A DNA stretch of 64,000 nt from Macrostomum lignano. Lineage: Eukaryota. Under the pieces are notes generated by a model. It was not told the DNA's origin and made no database searches. It saw nothing but the letters and a program-made list of their open reading frames with translations. Shown one piece after another: positions 38,323 through 50,565 of the stretch (position 1 is its first letter; each line of letters starts with the position of its first letter). Both the position numbers and the translations under genes were made by a program. Location: assembly GCA_002269645.1 (NCBI GenBank), contig NIVC01001361.1:242385-306384 (forward strand), written 5' to 3'.

Positions 38323-40035
38323 TTCAAACTAACTCGTGTTGGCTGGTCATCGACCCATTATTCTTCACAAAGAAATTTCTGGCGCTTTTTTACGAGTATA
38401 ATAATTCCTATTACTAGTAACAATATAGGATTTGGAATTGCCTACTGCTACGAATGTAGCGGATATTTTTCTCCCGCAGCTTCCTCTATCTATCGCTCGT
38501 ATATATATAAAATTTATAGAATTGCTTTTGCCAGCTCAGCTAGATCCTCAGTTTAGTCAAAAGCTGCTAACAATCTGTCTCCATGGCCGCTGCTTAAAAT
38601 TCTCTGCGTGTAAGCTGCCTTTTTTGTATTTCATGTGCGGTATAACGCAATATATTACAGCCCCAGTTTGTTAATCTACTACATTGCTTATTCTCTTATT
38701 GTACAATGATTATTATTGTTTGTGTTCTCTAGTTCTCTGCCATTTATTTATGAAGCGAATTGAATTTTTACGTTTTTACCTTGTTTTGCTTTTCGTATCG
38801 CACGAGAAGCACGCCCTTTGTTAAAACAGTAAAAGCAACTGAATTATATTCAGTATAACTAAGTACTACCAGTATAATCCATCTGCCAGCTTGTACCGCA
38901 CTGCTAGACTGACAAATATGCATATTTCCAACTCTTATAGCTACCTTGATTGTTGATTTAACTGTAGCGTTTGAAACACTTGTGCGCAAAGTTGAACCAA
39001 ATCCTACCAACCCAGACTATACGGCACACAGCATTGAGTGAAAGATTTTAACAAGTACGTTTCATTCATTACGTTAATTAATTTCATTAGTTTAAATTTG
39101 AAACACCTAACTTAATTAATTATAGAAATGAAATTGATAGTTGATTTTAATGTTTATTAGTTTAAAATTGAAAATTACCGTGAGGCATGGTGGTTGATTT
39201 CCATTTTTGTTAATCTTAAATTAAGGAATTGCTATTCTCTTTCGGTTTTTGAATTGATTAAATTAGTTTAAAATTAACAAACTATAAATTACTTGAAGAA
39301 AAAATCGATTTTTGATTTTTTGCTTTTTAGTGTAAAATTGAAAACAACAGTTACCACAATACATGAAATTGGTAGTTGAGTTTGATTATTTATTAGTCTA
39401 AAATTAACTTTAACTGTCATTTAAAGCAGCAGATAAAAATTGTACAAAAAGTTATTGTACAATGTGATTGTACATTATTTTTATTGCTAAAACAGAAAAT
39501 TCCGGCGAGTTTTGCAATAAAATGGGGCTTTTTAAGTAAACCCTCTCAGCTGTTGTTGTGCCCTTGTGTGAAACAAATTTTGGTAAATTTAAATAAATAA
39601 ACTTAAGTTAGGTATCCATGTGCCCTATTCGTTTACTATGCTGATATGCTTCTTTATGTCCAGTGTAGTATGCAATGTAAAAGCGTTATTCAATGTAGTC
39701 AATAATTATCAAATCACTAGTATCTATTATATTTTGTTTGAATTGTCCAAACTAGGATTTTTGAATTCTTGTTCCACCATTTCGTCTAAATATTCAGATA
39801 AAAGCATCGTGTTGTGTTGCAGAACATCGCTCGCTATTTATGAACTTTTACTTTGGTACTTGACAGGGTGCAATGAAAATCTGTTTTTCTAAGCGAACCG
39901 TCTCAGCCTAATAAAAAAGACAACTATATTAAATAGCAATTTATTCAAGTTATTTTTCAACGCTCGCAGGAAAACGCTGTCGCTTTCTTTCTATACATTT
40001 TTTAGATTTCATGGCCAGATGGCTGAGATGATAAC

Positions 40036-42685
40036 GGATTGCACGGCTCAGCTCCGTTTCCCAACCAACAATGATGGGTCAGCTCCGTTTCCCAACCAAC
40101 AATGATGGGTCAGCACCGTTTCCCAACCAACAATGGTGGGTCAGCTCCGTTTCCCAACCAACAATGATGGGTCAGCTCCGTTTCCCAACCAACAATGATG
40201 GGTCAGCTCCGTTTCCCAACCAACAATGATGGGTCAGCTCCGTTTCCCAACCAACAATGATGGGTCAGCTCCGTTTCCCAACCAACAATGGTGGGTCAGC
40301 TCCGTTTCCAAACCAAAAATGGTGGGTCAGCTCCGTTTCCCAACCAACAATGGTGGGTCAGCTCCGTTTCCCAACCAACAATGGTGGGTCAGCTCCGTTT
40401 CCCATCCAACAATAATGGGTCAGCACCGTTTCCCAACCAACAATGGTGGGTCAGCTCCGTTTCCCATCCAACAATAATGGGTCAGCACCGTTTCCCAACC
40501 AACAATGGTGGGTCAGCTCCGTTTCCAAACCAAAAATGGTGGGTCAGCTCCGTTTCCCAACCAACAATGTTGGGTCAGCTCCGTTTCCCAACCAACAATG
40601 TTGGGTCAGCTTCATTTCCCAACCAACAATGTTGGGTCAGCTCCATTTCCCAACCAACAATGATGGGTCAGCTCTATTTCCCAATCAAAAATGGTGGGTC
40701 AGCTCCGTTTCCAAACCAAAAATGGTGGGTCAGCTCCGTTTCCCAACCAACAATGGTGGGTCAGCTCCGTTTCCCAACCAACAATGGTGGGTCAGCTCCG
40801 TTTCCCAACCAACAATGTTGGGTCAGCTCCATTTCCCAACCAACAATGATGGGTCAGCTCCGTTTCCAAACCAAAAATGGTGGGTCAGCTCCGTTTCCCA
40901 ACCAACAATGGTGGGTCAGCTCCGTTTCCCAACCAACAATGTTGGGTCAGCTCCATTTCCCAACCAACAATGATGGGTCAGCTCCGTTTCCCAACCAACA
41001 ATGGTGGGTCAGCTCCGTTTCCCAACCAACAATGATGGGTCAGCTCCGTTTCCCAACCAACAATGATGGGTCAGCTCCATTTCCCAACCAACAATGATGG
41101 GTCAGCTCCGTTTCCCAACCAACAATGGTGGGTCAGCTCCGTTTCCAAACCAAAAATGGTGGGTCAGCTCCGTTTCCCAACCAACAATGGTGGGTCAGCT
41201 CCGTTTCCCAACCAACAATGGTGGGTCAGCTCCGTTTCCCATCCAACAATAATGGGTCAGCACCGTTTCCCAACCAACAATGGTGGGTCAGCTCCGTTTC
41301 CCATCCAACAATAATGGGTCAGCACCGTTTCCCAACCAACAATGGTGGGTCAGCTCCGTTTCCAAACCAAAAATGGTGGGTCAGCTCCGTTTCCCAACCA
41401 ACAATGGTGGGTCAGCTCCGTTTCCCAACCAACAATGGTGGGTCAGCTCCGTTTCCCAACCAACAATGTTGGGTCAGCTCCGTTTCCCAACCAACAATGT
41501 TGGGTCAGCTTCATTTCCCAACCAACAATGTTGGGTCAGCTCCATTTCCCAACCAACAATGATGGGTCAGCTCTATTTCCCAATCAAAAATGGTGGGTCA
41601 GCTCCGTTTCCAAACCAAAAATGGTGGGTCAGCTCCGTTTCCCAACCAACAATGGTGGGTCAGCTCCGTTTCCCAACCAACAATGGTGGGTCAGCTCCGT
41701 TTCCCAACCAACAATGTTGGGTCAGCTCCATTTCCCAACCAACAATGATGGGTCAGCTCCGTTTCCAAACCAAAAATGGTGGGTCAGCTCCGTTTCCCAA
41801 CCAACAATGGTGGGTCAGCTCCGTTTCCCAACCAACAATGTTGGGTCAGCTCCATTTCCCAACCAACAATGATGGGTCAGCTCCGATTCCCAACCAACAA
41901 TGGTGGGTCAGCTCCGTTTCCCAACCAACAATGGTGGGTCAGCTCCGTTTCCAAACCAACAATGATGGGTCAGCTCCGTTTCCCAACCAACAATGGTGGG
42001 TCAGCTCCGTTTCCCAACCAACAATAATGGGTCAGCACCGTTTCCCAACCAACAATGATGGGTCAGCTCCGTTTCCCAACCAACAATGTTGGGTCAGCTC
42101 CGTTTCCCAACCAACAATGGTGGGTCAGCTCCATTTCCCAACCAACAATGGTGGGTCAGCTCCGTTTCCCAACCAACAATGTTGGGTCAGCTCCGTTTCC
42201 CAACCAACAATGATGGGTCAGCTCCGTTTCCCAACCAACAATGTTGGGTCAGCTCCGATTCCCAACCAACAATGTTGGGTCAGCTTCATTTCCCAACCAA
42301 CAATGTTGGGTCAGCTCCATTTCCCAACCAACAATGTTGGGTCAGCTCTATTTCCCAATCAAAAATGGTGGGTCAGCTCCGTTTCCCAACCAAAAATGGT
42401 GGGTCAGCTCCGTTTCCAAACCAAAAAGGGTGGGTCAGCTCCGTTTCCCAACCAACAATGATGGGTCAGCTCCGTTTCCCAACCAACAATGGTGGGTCAG
42501 CTCCGTTTCCCAACCAACAATGGTGGGTCAGCTCCGTTTCCCAACCAACAATGGTGGGTCAGCTCCGTTTCCCAACCAACAATGGTGGGTCAGCTCCGTT
42601 TCCCAACCAACAATGGTGGGTCAGCTCCGTTTCCCAACCAACAATGGTGGGTCAGCTCCGTTTCCCAACCAACAATGATGAGTCA
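40036..42685 (+). repeat. 31-bp minisatellite (GGGTCAGCTCCGTTTCCCAACCAACAATGAT), 2.65 kb
   Basis: About 85 tandem units; variant patterns recur with a ~837-bp period (e.g. identical ORF starts at 40226/41063, 40288/41125, 40443/41280). Confidence 0.98.
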
Positions 42686-43848
42686 GCTCCTCTTTCCACA
42701 CTGACTCGCCTATAAGGAGTTGCTACGCTAAGTAACTATCAACGTGTTGAAATGAAATTTTAAAAACCAAGTGAAGTCCATACGAGCCTACAGTACAGTA
42801 CATGAGTTGCCGCAAGATTTCATATATTTGACAGCAGTGCACTAAAAACCTATCGAATAGCTATTAAATGATAAAATTCTGTTTTTGCATCGTATAGCAG
42901 CATGTAAAAGGCTTTTAAACGGATAGTTACGTCAGCTTGAGTACAACAGGTTTGGACATGCAGTCAGCGTGGGAACACATGTTACTTGTAGCTTACTGAA
43001 TGAATGCGCACAAATTTTCGAGCTATAGAATTGCAGAGAGCATTGTGTTTACCCACACGGACATGTGTATTAAGGCACTGTCAGGCGATAAGCCAGAGAT
43101 CCGCTAAACTGATGCTCAAAATACTCGCATGCAGTATATCGGGCAACAGTTTCAAGCAAATCGCACTGGACAAAAAACTAACAGATAAAATATGCAAACT
43201 TATCAACTCGCGTATACTGAGGAATAGTTTTGTTTTTAAATATTAAAACGGCGACTAAGATTGCTGGTAAATAAATATGCGGTTTTTAAAACGCTCTAAT
43301 TTTTTAGCTTGAAAAAGATGAACAAAAATCTTAGGAAGTAGCGCAGAGTGAATAGTTGCTAACCGCATTAATTCGCTTCCTAAACGGAATACTGTAGTAG
43401 GAGTTGCAAAAAAACTAAGATTTGCTGCCACATGAAATGGCATTCTAGCTTAATACGAGATATTAAGAAAGCGCGCTAAGCTGCAAATAATACTACTTAT
43501 AGCAAGCAGACGCAAATACTAGACAGAAATCTTTATACCCGAAAATCTTTGCCAGACTTGATCAACTTCCTTGGCCTTGCAAAAAAAGCTGAAACGCACA
43601 AACTGAGTAAAAGCGATTGTTAAAAATCGAAAAAGAAAATATAAACTTAGGAGACGCAAAAGCAACAAAAAAGCGCACTTTCCCAGAATTCTGCGTTTTT
43701 CGGACTCTACGAACTTGCTCCATCCAGTCTGCTATCACTGCTCACCCGACTGACTGTGCAATCAGCTCTCTGCTCCACTCTTTACTTCCACTCTCTACTC
43801 CGTCGTCACAGTCCGCTTCCTCTATTTCTTCAGACTCGGACTCGATGC

Positions 43849-46800
43849 TCAATGTGAGTCAAGGATGTGGCGCTGGCCTCCGAAGGTCATGCCACTCTGG
43901 CTGGCCACCTGGCCCTGTCCCGGCCCCATCTGCAGGCCAATGACCGAGGCGCCCTCTTTGCTGCCCTCGCTAACGCGGCCGTCGGCGATGTGACGGATGC
44001 CGCCGAACGACATGCCGCTCTGGTTGGCCCCCTGCTTCTGGCCGAGACCCATCTGCAGGCCGATGACGGCAGAGCCCTCCGGCGTCATCTGGTCGCAGCT
44101 GAGAATAAAAAACAAGTTGACTATTGTCAGTTAAAATGAACGATGGAGTCAATTTAACTATCATTGAGTGCGCTAATTGAAATGGAGCTCCTTGGGAGTG
44201 AGCTACTTGGGAGTGAGCTACTTGGGAGTGAGCTACTTGAGAGTGAGCTACTTGGGAGTGAGCTACTTGGGAGTGAGCTACTTGGGAGTGAGCTACTTGG
44301 GAGTGAGCTACTTGGGAGTGAGCTACTTGGGAGTGAGCTACTTGGGAGTGAGCTACTTGGGAGTGAGCTACTTGGGAGTGAGCTACTTGGGAGTGAGCTA
44401 CTTGGGAGTGAGCTACTTGGGAGTGAGCTACTTGGGAGTGAGCTACTTGGGAGTGAGCTACTTGGGAGTGAGCTACTTGGGAGTGAGCTACTTGGGAGTG
44501 AGCTACTTGGGAGTGAGCTACTTGGGAGTGAGCTACTTGGGAGTGAGCTACTTGGGAGTGAGCTACTTGGGAGTGAGCTACTTGGGAGTGAGCTACTTGG
44601 GAGTGAGCTACTTGGGAGTGAGCTACTTGGGAGTGAGCTACTTGGGAGTGAGCTACTTGGGAGTGAGCTACTTGGGAGTGAGCTACTTGGGAGTGAGCTA
44701 CTTGGGAGTGAGCTACTTGGGAGTGAGCTACTTGGGAGTGAGCTACTTGGGAGTGAGCTACTTGGGAGTGAGCTACTTGGGAGTGAGCTACTTGGGAGTG
44801 AGCTACTTGGGAGTGAGCTACTTGGGAGTGAGCTACTTGGGAGTGAGCTACTTGGGAGTGAGCTACTTGGGAGTGAGCTACTTGGGAGTGAGCTACTTGG
44901 GAGTGAGCTACTTGGGAGTGAGCTACTTGGGAGTGAGCTACTTGGGAGTGAGCTACTTGGGAGTGAGCTACTTGGGAGTGAGCTACTTGGGAGTGAGCTA
45001 CTTGGGAGTGAGCTACTTGGGAGTGAGCTACTTGGGAGTGAGCTACTTGGGAGTGAGCTACTTGGGAGTGAGCTACATCACTAGAGCTAAAAGTCACTAT
45101 GACAGAAAAGCTATACGTAATCAATGGGGAAACGCCCTCACCGAATGTCCGCAATGTGCCGCTGACCACCAATAGACATGCCGGCTTGGCTGGCGCACTT
45201 GTTGGTGCCCATCTGCAGGCCGATGACTGCGCTGCCCTCTGGCGTCATGTTGTCGCAGCGGATATCCGCGATGTGCCGCTGGCCACCCATGGACATGCCT
45301 AAGTACGAATTTGTTCAATGAATTAAGATTTTTTCAAAGACACAATAGAAAAAATGCCAATAATCTCCCAGAATTTAGAACACTTATAGTTTCTGTCAGC
45401 TCATATATAAAAGGTTTTTGCTTAATACGCGTAATATTTGGAATGAGGGTTGTGGGCCACCTTGGCGCAACGCTTTATCGACATCGGTTCCACAACCAGC
45501 GCTCTGAGGCAATTCTGGCCGTTCCGCTGACTCCTGAGCACACATGCAAGCGCGCCAATACTGTACTCAGGCACGCACTCATACACGCTCACACAGGGTG
45601 TACAGCGGCCCTGACTTTCTAATCGTCAGGCATGTACACTCTCTGTGCCTTGGGACGCTGGGCCCTCGTGGCTGTGAATCGCATGACAACTTCCCAGCCG
45701 AATTTTGAGCACACGCCCCAAATGAATCAAATCAGGAGTTGTGGCGTGAGAGTCAGACACGCTTACTGCTGAGCTCTTCTGCCCCGGGATTTCTGCTTTG
45801 TAAAGTTATTTACGCTACATATCGGCAATTATCAAGGAGTTCAAGTCGGAGGCGCGGCACTCACCTTTCTGGCTGGCGCACTTGTTGGTGCCCATCTGCA
45901 GGCCGATGACCGCGTTGCCTTCTGGCGTCATCTCGTCGCAGCGAATGTCCGCGATGTGCCGCTGGCCGCCCATGGACATACCTGTGGAAGAATTTTTGGG
46001 GCATAACCCTTGAATTTAACCCACTGACAATTACTCACCTGGCCCCTTAAAGCATTGCGTTTGCTTGTGTAGAAACTAATGAGTAACTCATCTAGCAAAA
46101 TTAGACTCACCCTTCTGGCTGGCGCACTTGTTGGTGCCAGCCTGCAGGCCGATGATGCCCTCGGAGGAGCGCAGCTGCTCGGCGGTGAACTGGCGCGCAT
46201 TCTTGTAGGTGGGACGGGGTCCGCACACGGGGCCGCGCATGCCGTGGCGTTGGCACTGGAAGAAGAAGCAGGAAGTGGATGTTTGTAGGCGGATGTTGAA
46301 GCGGATGTTTGGAGGCAGATTTTGAAGCGGATGTTTGGAGACGGATGTTGATCAAAGCGGATGTTTGGAGCGGATGTTGAAGCGGATGTTTGGAGGTGGA
46401 TGTTGAAGCGGATGTTTGGAGCGGATGTTGAAGGTGATGTTTGGAGCGGATGTTGAAGGTGATGTTTGGAGCGGATGTTGAAGCGGATGTTTGGAGTGGA
46501 TGTTTGGAGCAGAAGCCAGGCTAGTAAAAGTCGTACCTCAGTTCCAAGCTGAAGCAGCGTGTTTAACACCTGGGCCATGTTTCGACCTTCGTAGAGGTCG
46601 ACAGTTTGGAACAGACTGGCCTTTGGAACACCGTAGGCCATTGCACAGTTCAGAAAAACCTGGAAATTAAGATTTTGAGGAAAATCTAGATCCATTAAAA
46701 GCAGCTGTGATTAATTAAACCCTAAGGTCCATCAGTCAATAACTGGTGATTCAGACTGCTGGCCCCACGATGACTAATATCCAAAGTCCAAACTGATCCC

Positions 46801-47308
46801 CTCACCTCGATGTTCTCCATCTGCTTGAACGGGGCGCTCATTGTCGAATACACAATTGGCCGGCGAATTCGCTGCGCCTCCGGAGTCAGACTCGGAGTCT
46901 GGTTGAGCACCGACTCCATGAGCTGGATGAGCACGATGCCGCTGCGCAGGCTGTAGTAGACATTCTCCCGGCCAGGTTGAATGTTCGCCCCGGGAACCAG
47001 GGCGTTGATCCAGCCGATCACCTCGCGCTCAGCCTCGGGCTCGTACTTGGCGTTGAGCTGCAAATCAAAGCAAATTTCTGGGGCTTTCAACTGTTGTCTA
47101 CTTTTTTAGATAATTTCTCAATAGTACTGAAACTCGACATCAAGCTTTCACTGGTTTCATCAGCTTTTACTTCATTTCCTTCATTTCCGAAAACTAGACT
47201 TGTGGCGCAAACGTAATCTCAATGCATAATTGAAATCGTACAATATGGCCTTCTCACCTTCCTGTTGATAACTACATCCATTCCATAGTCCTGAACTCGA
47301 TTAGCCAT
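43849..47308 (-). CDS. CNN: Calponin: CH domain plus five calponin repeats, 364 aa, 7 exons
   Basis: Exons 47308-47258, 47057-46806, 46659-46537, 46255-46111, 45981-45865, 45298-45142, 44098-43849; all GT-AG and phase-consistent. MANRVQDYGMD...KYEPEAEREVIGWI...SAPFKQMENIEVFL...LFQTVDLYEGRNMAQV, then 5x IGLQ(A/M)GxNxxASQxGMxxGxxRHI-type repeats (4 and 5 more divergent). Confidence 0.96.
44191..45075 (+). repeat. 15-bp near-perfect array (CTTGGGAGTGAGCTA)x59 in calponin intron 6
   Basis: 885 bp = 59 units; only one variant unit seen (CTTGAGAGTGAGCTA at 44236-44250). Confidence 0.98.
46270..46510 (+). repeat. 12/13-bp composite array (GCGGATGTTGAA / GCGGATGTTTGGA) in calponin intron 3
   Basis: Alternating tandem units. 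Confidence 0.9.
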
Positions 47309-47448
47309 GACTGCGCGAGCTACTCAGTACGTTCGCAGATCAAAAAAATACACTTCAGGCGAAAGAATTCGTTGGTAAAACTAACTTAAGAATCGAAAAG
47401 GCCAGCGAGCGCAGAAATTATCAAGCTCTCGATGTTCCGTTGGCTGAT

Positions 47449-47867
47449 CTTATAGCAGAGAGTCGGGCCCGGACAGATAAAATGAGGGAGCGGCCGAGAA
47501 TAAACGAAAAAAGCAACTGCATGGATCCGGAGCGGGTTCGGTCTAAAGTAGGGGGTTGGTGGCAGACTGGTTCCAGCGCACAGTGACATCGGGTAGAAAT
47601 GGTCTGACCCTCGGTCGTAACGCCCGCTCCGAATCCTCCTGGATACGTTCAGCATATCTTCCAATGCTAGAACCGCTCTTCGTTTCCGGCTCTGCAAAAT
47701 GCAGCAGCAGCAGCAGCAGCGCCATGCTGTACGGATTCGGTGCTGTCCCGATCGATAGTCTAGAGACGTTTTGGCTGCTTCACCTTCCCCCCGCTCTCCG
47801 CGAGCGAATGACCCCGCGGAAAACTTCCAGAATCTTCCATGTCTAACCTTTACCTTTCCATTTATGG
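47449..47867 (-). promoter_or_regulatory. Putative calponin promoter: TATAAG (47449-47454) and CArG box CCATTTATGG (47858-47867)
   Basis: Motifs are directly visible 140 and 550 bp upstream of the ATG. SRF/CArG control of calponins is established in vertebrates, but a few CArG matches are expected by chance in 64 kb. Confidence 0.4.
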
Positions 47868-48819
47868 ACAGTTCCTTTCTTTCTAACCCCCCCCCCCAAA
47901 CCAGCTTCCCTTCGGTTTAGGGGAAGAGCGAAGAATCCGCTGGTGTGGGGTGAAGGGAGCCAAAGCGGTCTAGAGGAAAATGTCAGGCATTGGGGAATGC
48001 GGAATTCGGGAGCATTAGAGGGGAACGATGGAGGCAAACTTTCAATTCTTTCGTATCGCTATGGCTTTGAAGCTTTGTCAGCCCGCCCCAGCGTTGCCAA
48101 AGCCGGTAGGGGCGCTTCAATCCTCCCCACCATACCTGAAGGCTCTTAATTCCCTTTAGCTATAGGTAGATACTTGTGTTTACGCCGACTGATTTACGAC
48201 TGCGTGCCCTAAATGCGCAACAGGGCTTAAACAACTTGCTCAGTCAATCTTGATGAAGAAGAGAAGCGCTGGTGGTCGGCTTTTATTCTGGGCGCCTGCG
48301 CCCAAACAATATGCAACATGCTGTCGAAATTTCCTTCTTATCGAAGCCTACAAAAAAATACCAGCAACTTCAGCCGGTTTGGTAAATTTAAATGTCACTC
48401 ACTGCTGATAGAAAGTCCAACTAACTAAAGACCAATAAACTGAAAGCTTTATTGAAAGCAATTTAAGATGCGTTACCAAAGACACGTACATTTACTTCGT
48501 TTCTTAGCACAGAACTAGAAATTTAATCGCCTTCTAAACTAATTAAGCTAGTCCGACTGAAGCTGGCGACTTCCTAACTTCATATGCTTTCTTGACAGTA
48601 AAGAAGCTGAGAAAACTGTTGTTAAGTGCTAAAAAACTGGAGAATTCAATTATGGCTCATGTATTTTAAGGCGAACTCGGGCTCCTTAGTCAGATTTTTA
48701 CATTTGTCACTCGTGGCTGGCTGGCTGTCTGTCACTCCTTGTCTGTCGGTTATTACGTCCCGCAGGCAAACGTCGCTATCCCGGTTATTATCGCTTTAGA
48801 GGTCACTCAATTCTGGCTA

Positions 48820-48925
48820 AGCTGTCACTCCTAAGGTCACTCAATGCTGACTATACTGTCACTCCTAAGGTCACTCAATGCTGACTATACTTTTACTCCT
48901 AAGGTCACTCAATGCTGGCTATTAC
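48820..48925 (+). repeat. 34-bp short tandem array (AAGGTCACTCAATGCTGACTATACTGTCACTCCT)
   Basis: About 3 units. Confidence 0.85.
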
Positions 48926-49254
48926 CAAATAGTTACATTCATTTGAAAATTACTAAGGCTTGAAGCAGAAACTGGTACTCGAGACCAGACAGTAAGTATC
49001 AGATTGATTGAGCATCTTTATACCTATCATCTATTTTTTATAGTACATCTAGTTACGCAATGCCTTACAATATTATATCGATCAAAAAATTTGCATTGCT
49101 TACGAGCGCAAAACATCAGTAATGACTTTTTAATAAAGTAAATGCAAGTGCTAGCCCTGAAAAAGAAAAGCGACGTAGTTAACCAAAGCGAGTAAATCTG
49201 AAATTTCAATCCGCTCCAGTCATCGAAGATTTTTAGCTTTTTATCCCTCCCAGA

Positions 49255-49425
49255 GTCATTCAAGGCCGTTGGCCGTATATCCCGCCAAGGTTACTCATGG
49301 TCTGGCCTTGTATCCCTCTCAAGGTCACTCAAGGCCGTTGGTCTTATATCCCTCTCAAGGTCACTCAAGGTAATTGGCCTTATATCCGCCTCAAGGTCAA
49401 CTCAAGGCCGTTGGTCATACATCCT
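49255..49425 (+). repeat. ~36-bp short tandem array (CAAGGCCGTTGGTCTTATATCCCTCTCAAGGTCACT)
   Basis: About 4-5 degenerate units. Confidence 0.8.
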
Positions 49426-49575
49426 CATTTAAGACTACTAGTAATAGAGAACCTCACAATTTAAAGGAAAGTTTGTAGAACTGACTTAATAAATTATTAC
49501 AGGAGGAGATAAATTACAACTTCAAGTCAGTATACGATGGCTGAAACAGTACTTTTGATACAACCAGAAAAAACG

Positions 49576-50133
49576 TCAATAATTGCCCATTTTTGACGCC
49601 GTTCTGTTTATCGAGTCTATAAAATAATCCTCCGAAACTGTGTTGTCGACGTTGTCCATTGATTGGTTCTTGATTTCCGCTATTGGAATCTTTGATTCGA
49701 CCTTTGGCATTTTCGGCGTGCTTCGCGTGCGCAGTTTGTAGGAGCCGCTAAAAAGCAAAAGTGCACGGGATCTACATGTAGGTGGTAGATAGGATCTGGT
49801 TCTGGCGACTGGTTTGAGTAGTTTGTAGAAAACTTTCAAATGCGCGCCCAGTATATTTTGTACTCTACTGGAAGTAGTCGGGGTGCTTTCTTATACGCAT
49901 TGGGGCACTAAAGCGAACCCAGTCTGGACTCACATTTGATCGCCATTCTGAGAAGCCAGCTTTCGACGATGTTGAAGACGTCTCTTTTGAATTAGCATTG
50001 CGCTCACGAGAATTATCATGAGCAGATTGAGCACAGTGAATATGGTGAACAGCACCATAATCAGGTCCATGCCAGTCCTATTTGTAGACGGTTGCGAGAC
50101 AGGTGTCGTCTGATTTTTTTCACCTATTGCCAT
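49576..50133 (-). CDS. Orphan 123-aa single-pass membrane protein, 2 exons
   Basis: Exon 1 50133-49934 (AT|GTGAGT) joins exon 2 49747-49576 (TTTTTAG|C) in phase 2. In-frame TGA upstream of the ATG. TM segment LIMVLFTIFTVLNLLMIILVSAMLI followed by QKRR stop-transfer; N-terminal NQT and NRT sequons. Confidence 0.72.
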
Positions 50134-50260
50134 GGTGTGTATGGATAAGTCCTGCGCTTGATGTCAATCCTAGGTATTTTCAGAAATTATGCGGCAACAA
50201 ACATTGAAAGTATTGCTTTGGTGCCATGCCATAGACAAACGAGTTATGCGATGTCTCAAC

Positions 50261-50565
50261 CACAGATACTATAAACACTAGATAGGCCACTCCAGCTAAT
50301 TTTCACAACACGACAGTTTACTCTACTTTCTGATTAGTAGTAGTAAAAACATTTTAGCGTTATTTATATTTTTTAAAATAAAAAACAATGAATGCAATGC
50401 AGCAATTGTGTTAGCAAAACGATGTCTCAAAAACAGTCACTCGATTTTTCTAATTTAGCAAATAATACTGTTGCTTCCTATCATTGCTACTAAGCAGAAA
50501 GTAGAATAAAAAACTTGCCCAGAAAGTTAGCCTGAGTGGCCTATCTAGTGTTTATAGTATCTGTG
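50261..50565. mobile_element. 305-bp P-element-like MITE with perfect 8-bp TSD
   Basis: GTCTCAAC|CACAGATACTATAAACACTAGATAGGCCACTC ... GAGTGGCCTATCTAGTGTTTATAGTATCTGTG|GTCTCAAC: 32-bp perfect TIRs. A 5'-CA end with 8-bp TSD fits the P superfamily; hAT not excluded. Confidence 0.88.

Noticed and set aside
40226-42715. Many overlapping PTNNGGSAPFPNQQ ORFs resembling a repetitive structural protein
   Set aside because: A 31-bp unit is not a multiple of 3, so all frames cycle the same text; no start context, signal peptide or splice link.
43970-45175. VAHSQ, ELLGS and GVSYL repeat ORFs
   Set aside because: They lie within calponin intron 6 and arise from a 15-bp unit lacking stops.
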